IMG/VR virus record: IMGVR_UViG_3300026097_000876
Location: 186,001 to 250,000 of that record
Reading direction: 5' to 3' (one strand)
Length of the DNA: 64,000 bases
The notes beneath the pieces were generated by a model that saw nothing but the letters and a program-made list of their open reading frames with translations, ran no database searches and was not told the DNA's origin. The position numbers and the translations under genes were made by a program. Position 1 is the stretch's first letter, and the number at the start of each line of letters is the position of its first letter. Below are positions 58,865-64,000 of the stretch, in pieces.

Positions 58865-59292
58865 ACAGTTAATTCTTTTACTCTATACGGCTGGTCCAAT
58901 ACCCATTCAATTATACCTACTACATATTCTAAATCCATTTTAGGAGTGTCAATGTCTGCTACTCGTTCGGTATCAAAAAAACCAAAATTTAAACATGTAG
59001 TATCGTAATAATTATCAAAAAGTTGGCTGTTTGCATCACGCAGAGCTTTCTTTTCTACGCCATATCTATATGTTTTTTTTCCTGGATGATAAATCCAGTC
59101 ACTTGCTGAACTTCCTATATTAATTACTTTTTTGTTTTTTTCTATTGCTTTGTAGAGTAATTTTACTTGAGAAAATTCGTCATGCTTACAGTTAATAAAC
59201 ACATCGCATTCGTCTAACGATTCGCAATTGCCGTATTTTTCTTCAAGAACTTTTCCTAGACCTCGTCTTGTTCCTGTGATATAAAATTTCAT
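58840..59292 (-). CDS. Minimal short-chain dehydrogenase/reductase-like protein
   Basis: ITGTRRGLG Rossmann motif, INIGS, YGVEK (YxxxK); only 150 aa. Confidence 0.7.
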   Translation of the reverse strand: MKFYITGTRRGLGKVLEEKYGNCESLDECDVFINCKHDEFSQVKLLYKAIEKNKKVINIGSSASDWIYHPGKKTYRYGVEKKALRDANSQLFDNYYDTTCLNFGFFDTERVADIDTPKMDLEYVVGIIEWVLDQPYRVKELTVCPKGKGT

Positions 59293-59359
59293 TAGTAAGT
59301 TCCTTGGCTATAACACTATTATAAGTATATATACACTTATATTAGAAAGGACATATATT

Positions 59360-59713
59360 ATGGCATGGGGCTATCATTTATTAGTGGACTGTAAGCAAGG
59401 CGACATTCCTAGTATTACTAGCAAAGAAAATGTATCTACTTTTGTTAGGAAATTAGTAAAAGGAATTGACATGGTAGCATACGGTGATTTAATGATTGAA
59501 CGCTTTGCTACACATGATCCTGATAAAGCCGGTATTAGTTTTTGTCAAATGATTGAAACGTCAAACATTACAGGACATTTCGTCGAACTTAATGGAAACT
59601 TTTATATTGATGTTTTTAGTTGTAAACCTTATGATACTCATACAGTGCTGGATTTAATACAAGAATATTTTAATCCAGCATCTGTTAGCACAACTTTTAT
59701 TAATAGAGATTAA
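59360..59713 (+). CDS. speD: S-adenosylmethionine decarboxylase proenzyme-like (pyruvoyl-dependent)
   Basis: GYHLLVD, QMIETSNITGHF, YIDVFSCK motifs of class 1 AdoMetDC. Confidence 0.8.
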   Translation: MAWGYHLLVDCKQGDIPSITSKENVSTFVRKLVKGIDMVAYGDLMIERFATHDPDKAGISFCQMIETSNITGHFVELNGNFYIDVFSCKPYDTHTVLDLIQEYFNPASVSTTFINRD

Positions 59714-60705
59714 GCAACTAAGTTGACCCAAGCGCCGTTTTCGTAGCCTTGGAATTTATTGTCAGTTGTATTATAGATAACCATGCCATTGGCAGCAGTT
59801 AATGCATCTCTTTCAGTAGTAGTTAAGCTACCAAACTGTACAAATCCTGTAAAAGAACCGTTTCCTCTAATGTCTAGTTCATTTTGAGGAAAGTATGTAC
59901 CATAAGCAATACCTTCGTATGTAATTGTAGTAGTAGTTTCTTGTACCCAGTTACCTGGATTTCCAGTAGCAAAGTCGTTTTGTATAAACAAACCATATCT
60001 ACCACCGACAAGTTTTAATCCTTGTCCTTTTAGACCAGTAGTTGTTCTACCAGAAAAAATAACTTCCCCATATGACTGATCTAAGTCGCCCATGTTGTCA
60101 TACACAAGTTCTACTATAGCTCTATTACCATCCTCGCTGTAGAGTGTTTTACTTCCACTCATATTAGGAGCATGCAATGTACCGTTAATAGCATCTAATA
60201 AAAGACTAGAATCATCAGCAAACACACTACCTTCAATATCACCGACAACATTTCCAAAGTGAGATCCTGTCGTATTACCGATTACGCTACCAGTAACACT
60301 ACCAGTTACATCACCTATTAAGTCGCCTACAATATTACCAGAACTTATAACTGACGTAGTATTAACAGGCCCAAGTATTTGTCCATTGATTGCATCTACT
60401 AACAATGTAGAATCGTCAGCGTAAATATTACCACGTAAGTCTAGTGCAGGATTGTCAGTAGGAGCCCAATTTGAACCATTATAAACAAGGATTTGATCTT
60501 TCTGCGGTGCTAATGCTTGCACATTGCCTAAATCTTCTAAATCTTGCGTAGATACTGAAACTGGAACACCGCCTACTGTTGCTCCATCGCCTACAAAAAC
60601 TTCTTTAGAATCCGTAGTGTAAACGAGTTCACCTTCTGCAGGAGTAAATCCCGGACTGTCTTGTAATGCAGTCTTAGTTCCTCGTTTAATTCTTAACGTA
60701 CCCAT
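59710..60705 (-). CDS. Fibre-like virion protein with Mtd-N/hyaluronidase-type N-terminal domain
   Basis: LRIKRGT...GELVYTTDSKEVFVGDG; two G-x-(I/V)-(Y/F)ADDS-x-LL-x-DAING repeats; G-x-VTG repeats; C-terminal TTTERDAL...GMVIYNTT. Confidence 0.7.
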   Translation of the reverse strand: MGTLRIKRGTKTALQDSPGFTPAEGELVYTTDSKEVFVGDGATVGGVPVSVSTQDLEDLGNVQALAPQKDQILVYNGSNWAPTDNPALDLRGNIYADDSTLLVDAINGQILGPVNTTSVISSGNIVGDLIGDVTGSVTGSVIGNTTGSHFGNVVGDIEGSVFADDSSLLLDAINGTLHAPNMSGSKTLYSEDGNRAIVELVYDNMGDLDQSYGEVIFSGRTTTGLKGQGLKLVGGRYGLFIQNDFATGNPGNWVQETTTTITYEGIAYGTYFPQNELDIRGNGSFTGFVQFGSLTTTERDALTAANGMVIYNTTDNKFQGYENGAWVNLVA

Positions 60706-60732
60706 TTAATGCTCCTAAATCGTTGTTATATG

Positions 60733-60739
60733 TATTTAT
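60733..60739 (-). promoter_or_regulatory. Putative late promoter ATAAATA
   Basis: Minus strand ATAAATAcatata upstream of AGGAG and ATG 60705. Confidence 0.6.
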
Positions 60740-60755
60740 GCCATAATCAGAAATA

Positions 60756-61070
60756 TCATCTTCTTTTTTTAGTAGGATTTTTTAAAAAGGCTCTAGTTTT
60801 TTTAATAACATCTTTTTTAACTTTCTGCGTATTCAAACGAAAATCAACATGGAGAATTTCATCTCCATACTCATCAAATAACCCAGCTACAGTTTCGTCA
60901 AGATTTGCACCTGTTTCTTTTTTGGCATTACAATCTATTTCCCATACAGTACCTTCTTTAAATTCTATTCGAATCGTACTAAGATAGTTAATGGGAATAG
61001 TGTGTATATCAATGTCTTTAAAGACTTCGGGCCAATGTTTAATTACATCCTCAGGAAGTCTTTTATTCAC
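60756..61070 (-). CDS. Hypothetical phage protein
   Basis: 104 aa ORF coupled to the upstream gene. Confidence 0.6.
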   Translation of the reverse strand: MNKRLPEDVIKHWPEVFKDIDIHTIPINYLSTIRIEFKEGTVWEIDCNAKKETGANLDETVAGLFDEYGDEILHVDFRLNTQKVKKDVIKKTRAFLKNPTKKRR

Positions 61071-61707
61071 TTTTGACTTTCTTTTTTGTAGGGACTAATT
61101 CTTCTGCCTGCTTTCTTAACGCTTGTGCTTCTTTAAACAATCTGTCAGCTTGTGATCTATAACTTGCAGCTAAGTCGTCGTCTGAAAGAACTCCGTCTGT
61201 CGGCGCTTGTAAGTTTGCAGCTTGCGATTCTGCCACTACAGGAGAGGGTTTGCTAGGCATCTCATTAACAGATCCCGCTTCTTGAATAGTAGTACCTTCG
61301 GGAAGTTCGTTAGGATCCTTAAGTGCTAAGTCGGCTATTGTTACACCACGCTGGTCTGCAATAATTTTATTAAGTTCATCAAGACCGATACTAGTTGTTG
61401 TGTTAGGAGTCATTTCGATTTGACTCATTGGAATCTTTTGTAACTTTCCAGTTGCATGGAAACGTGCAAGCATATTAGCGCCATCACTTAATTGTGAGCG
61501 TGACATCACTTCTACAAACTCAAATGCACTCTGTCCTGCATTGCTTTCAACAGTTCTAATTACGGTATCATGATCAGAATCTGATAAACTAGCTGTGTCA
61601 ATTACAAGTGCGTTAGTTGGAGGATTTTCACCGGGGATAACTCGGTAAGCAACAATAACTTTACGTTGATTTGCTTTAAGTCTTCCTACATGTTTAATTT
61701 CGCTCAT
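61063..61707 (-). CDS. Hypothetical phage protein
   Basis: 214 aa ORF with GGAG RBS and coiled-coil-like C-terminus. Confidence 0.65.
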   Translation of the reverse strand: MSEIKHVGRLKANQRKVIVAYRVIPGENPPTNALVIDTASLSDSDHDTVIRTVESNAGQSAFEFVEVMSRSQLSDGANMLARFHATGKLQKIPMSQIEMTPNTTTSIGLDELNKIIADQRGVTIADLALKDPNELPEGTTIQEAGSVNEMPSKPSPVVAESQAANLQAPTDGVLSDDDLAASYRSQADRLFKEAQALRKQAEELVPTKKKVKSE

Positions 61708-61949
61708 TACTTGTCTCCTTGTGCCTCGTCGGCTTGGGCCTTAGCTTCTTCTTCCGCTTTTTGTACAGTCTGCAAGAAAGTATCAAGTTTGTTAAACGTT
61801 TTACCAACTGCTTCTAGCTCATTAGCTTTGAATGCACCCCGCTGAGATGCAACATCAATAATAGATCTTAATACACCAAGATCTTGTACAGTAAGCTCAA
61901 CTGCTGTTTGAGTTGTTTCTGCTTCCTGAGTTGCTGTTTCTGTAGACAT
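61707..61949 (-). CDS. Hypothetical phage protein
   Basis: 80 aa; AAGGAG RBS; TATAAATA on the minus strand at 61987-61994. Confidence 0.65.
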   Translation of the reverse strand: MSTETATQEAETTQTAVELTVQDLGVLRSIIDVASQRGAFKANELEAVGKTFNKLDTFLQTVQKAEEEAKAQADEAQGDK

Positions 61950-61985
61950 ATTAATACTCCTTCTAGTTATATATGTACTTAATAT

Positions 61986-62267
61986 TTATTTATATTTTAG
62001 GAAAGGACATGCAAGAACGAAATAGGAAAGCTCTTTTGGATCTTCAAATCCGACTCTTACAATGTTATCTATTTTATTTTCGCTAGTAACTCCTACGCTT
62101 TTACTAAGAAAATATCTTTTTTTAAGATTAGCTTCTATCCATTTTTCTAATGCTTTTTCTATATTATATGTGTAAGCTAAGTCAATAGTTTCAAGGTGGG
62201 GAGGCTGATGAGAAAGCCTCCTTATCTTAAATAAATTTTCTGGTGTAGTAGCAGACTTAATTGACAT
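61986..62267 (-). CDS. Hypothetical phage protein
   Basis: Start reassigned to ATG 62267 (MSIKSATT...), overlapping the VWA gene stop; the longer track ORF overlaps the VWA gene. Confidence 0.55.
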   Translation of the reverse strand: MSIKSATTPENLFKIRRLSHQPPHLETIDLAYTYNIEKALEKWIEANLKKRYFLSKSVGVTSENKIDNIVRVGFEDPKELSYFVLACPFLKYK

Positions 62268-63573
62268 GTTCGTCGTACAGTGCCGTTTGTCCAAATGGTG
62301 CCTGAATGTTCTTGTCGTGGTGAGAGTGAATAACAAATACTGTATCACAGTAGTCCTCGTCGCCCCAGCTGTTCCAAGCATAACCATCTGTAAACATAAT
62401 AAACTTCTTAGGAACAATGTTATTTTCTTTCATGTAATCCCAGTTACACATAAAGTCAGTACCACCGCCACCTACAATTTCGTAGTCTAGCAAGTCATCT
62501 CCTCCGTCTGCACTAAAGTCTTGCTCATTATATACCTTAGTGTCAAAACACCACAATTTAATATTGTAGTCTTTATACTCTTCCATAATACCTTTGATTT
62601 CGCTAAGAAAGTCCTGAGCTTGATCATTACCAATTGACCCGCTCATATCAAGAGATACAGCAATATCAATTGTCTCTGAGAAATTCATACCAGGTAGTAC
62701 TGCACCAGTATGCCAACCTTTACGTGACGGACGTTGAAACGTAAAGTCGTTTCGAATAGTGCTCTGGATTTGTTGACGTAACAGTTCACGCCAGTTCATC
62801 TTAGGCTCTGTAAGCTCTTTAATCATCCTAGCAACTTCGCCTGGAATATTTCCTGCTCCGGCACTTTGCGCTGCACTAAGCATGTTCTCTTTGATCTCGT
62901 CTTTGATCTGCTTCATTTCTTCTTCAGAGAACTTAGGCCTACGCTTGCTTACATCGTTGCCGTTACTGTCTTCGCCTTCTGCATCACCTTCACTGTCATT
63001 GTCGTCTTCGCCTTCACCGTCAAGGTGTTCATCTAGCATTTCGCCTAACTTTTCTAAGAACTCTTCGCCGTTTTTTTCAGCTTGCTCGAATAAGTCATCA
63101 TACACTTCTTCCGAACTCCAGCCGTCGTATTTAAAGTCTTGGAAACAGTCTACAATCTTAGGAGTTTCGCCGATGCGATCACGTACTAGAGTATTGTTTA
63201 CAATATAGTCAGCTGCAATATTATACAGCATGGGATTACGTTCTTCACGTCGCCCTAAGTGATCAAACACCATGTGTAGAATTTCGTGTGCAACAACAAA
63301 CTCGATCTCCTTGTTTGACATTGCATTAAAGAATTGTGTGTTATAATATAAGTTACGTCCGTCTACAGCGGCTGTCGGAAGCCAGTCATCAGCCGCTAGT
63401 ACACGCAATCGTGTTGCCATATTACCAAAGAATGGATGACGTAGTAGCAAGCCGACTCGTGCAATAATAATACGATCGTATACTTCTACACGCATTTTTT
63501 CTAATTCTTCTTGCGTGATATCCGGGTCGGGTGTCCAGTTTTTAAGTTTACTTGCTGTATCTTTAGCCGCCAT
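62257..63573 (-). CDS. VWA-like domain / putative metallopeptidase (DUF2201-type)
   Basis: TAAVDG, HEILH (HExxH), acidic linker, DMSGS MIDAS motif, GGGGTDF, FTDG. Confidence 0.85.
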   Translation of the reverse strand: MAAKDTASKLKNWTPDPDITQEELEKMRVEVYDRIIIARVGLLLRHPFFGNMATRLRVLAADDWLPTAAVDGRNLYYNTQFFNAMSNKEIEFVVAHEILHMVFDHLGRREERNPMLYNIAADYIVNNTLVRDRIGETPKIVDCFQDFKYDGWSSEEVYDDLFEQAEKNGEEFLEKLGEMLDEHLDGEGEDDNDSEGDAEGEDSNGNDVSKRRPKFSEEEMKQIKDEIKENMLSAAQSAGAGNIPGEVARMIKELTEPKMNWRELLRQQIQSTIRNDFTFQRPSRKGWHTGAVLPGMNFSETIDIAVSLDMSGSIGNDQAQDFLSEIKGIMEEYKDYNIKLWCFDTKVYNEQDFSADGGDDLLDYEIVGGGGTDFMCNWDYMKENNIVPKKFIMFTDGYAWNSWGDEDYCDTVFVIHSHHDKNIQAPFGQTALYDEHVN

Positions 63574-63605
63574 ATTGCACCTTATTTGTTAATTTCTATA
63601 GTATA

Positions 63606-63634
63606 ACTATAACAGTATTTACAGAGTAAGTCAA
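63606..63634 (-). promoter_or_regulatory. Sigma70-type promoter for the VWA gene
   Basis: Minus strand TTGACT-17 bp-TATAGT with TGn extended -10. Confidence 0.65.
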
Positions 63635-63639
63635 GAGAT

Positions 63640-63660
63640 TAAGGGGCATTATGCCCCTTA
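63640..63660. terminator. Perfect inverted repeat just after the AAA gene stop (putative terminator)
   Basis: TAAGGGGCAT-T-ATGCCCCTTA; only a weak U-tract follows. Confidence 0.55.
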
Positions 63661-63661
63661 G

Positions 63662-64000
63662 TTATGCACTTTGTGCTGCTTGGATATACTTGCCAAACCG
63701 CTCGTGGAATTCATCAAAACATTCAATGGAGTCCGGATCAATAGGCAATGAGTATTGCGTAAGAGCAAGTTTAATGCCCATCACTACAAGCTCTGTATCA
63801 AAATTGTCCATAGCAAAACGCAAGAAGTTATTTACTTTGTTATCAAACTTCTTGTCATCTTTATCACAAGCATCTTTTAACTCGTAGCATAGCGATACTG
63901 TCAACGAGTACAATGCACTAATTTCTTTAGTCTTAATATCTTTGACTTTGCCGTTTAAAATATCTGTTGGATTAGGGAGTTTGCTAGCAACTTTTCGATG
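63662..64000 (-). CDS. C-terminal part of a MoxR/AAA+-type ATPase (partial, starts beyond the window)
   Basis: Frame open to the window end (HRKVASKLPNPTDILNGKV...LYSLTVSLCYEL...). The AAA call rests on the usual pairing with DUF2201/VWA genes; Walker motifs are not in the window. Confidence 0.55.
   Translation of the reverse strand, partial: HRKVASKLPNPTDILNGKVKDIKTKEISALYSLTVSLCYELKDACDKDDKKFDNKVNNFLRFAMDNFDTELVVMGIKLALTQYSLPIDPDSIECFDEFHERFGKYIQAAQSA

Noticed and set aside
59710-60705. Diversity-generating retroelement target (Mtd-like N-terminus)
   Set aside because: No reverse transcriptase or template/variable repeat pair seen in the window; the similarity is limited to the N-terminal anchor domain.
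35019-63887. Short nested ORFs in the island and right end (e.g. 36974-37411, 53177-53491, 58051-58437, 62882-63208) as possible RiPP precursor peptides
   Set aside because: All overlap well-supported genes. I found no free-standing small ORF with leader/core character, so a RiPP interpretation lacks a visible precursor in this window.
1-64000. Stop-codon reassignment or selenocysteine recoding
   Set aside because: Genes are full-length and tightly packed under the standard code, and TAA, TAG and TGA all act as stops at sensible gene ends.
1-64000. CRISPR array, tRNA/rRNA genes, integrase or transposase
   Set aside because: No spaced direct repeats or such ORFs seen, and intergenic gaps are mostly too short. 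A tRNAscan/Infernal run would be needed to exclude small RNAs formally.

Overview
This 64 kb window looks like part of a large, AT-rich, T4-distantly-related (jumbo-type) myovirus genome, probably marine, with a tentative alphaproteobacterial host. It has three parts. (1) 1-381 is the 5' end of a gp55-like late sigma factor gene on the minus strand, driven by a perfect sigma70 promoter. (2) 462-33016 is a late-promoter-driven baseplate/tail module: gp53-like, hub, gp5/VgrG-like spike with a GH19 muramidase, gp25-like, gp6-like, a 4986-aa giant virion protein and three paralogous fibre genes. (3) 33053-59713 is a ~27 kb island of about 30 small-molecule/glycan tailoring genes: four glycosyltransferases, six radical SAM enzymes (two B12-type, two with a separately encoded Twitch/SPASM subunit), four nitroreductase-fold paralogues, a DegT aminotransferase, carbamoyltransferase, kinase, methyltransferase, ATP-grasp, PP-loop ATPase, GNAT, two 2OG-Fe(II) oxygenases, SDR, AdoMet decarboxylase and a complete PotDABC-type polyamine ABC importer. 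After the island come another fibre-like gene, small hypotheticals and a VWA-metallopeptidase/AAA-ATPase pair. The best candidate for an undescribed system is this phage-encoded biosynthetic island, possibly building an amino-sugar/polyamine decoration for the virion. All product calls come from motif recognition by eye; no database searches were run.
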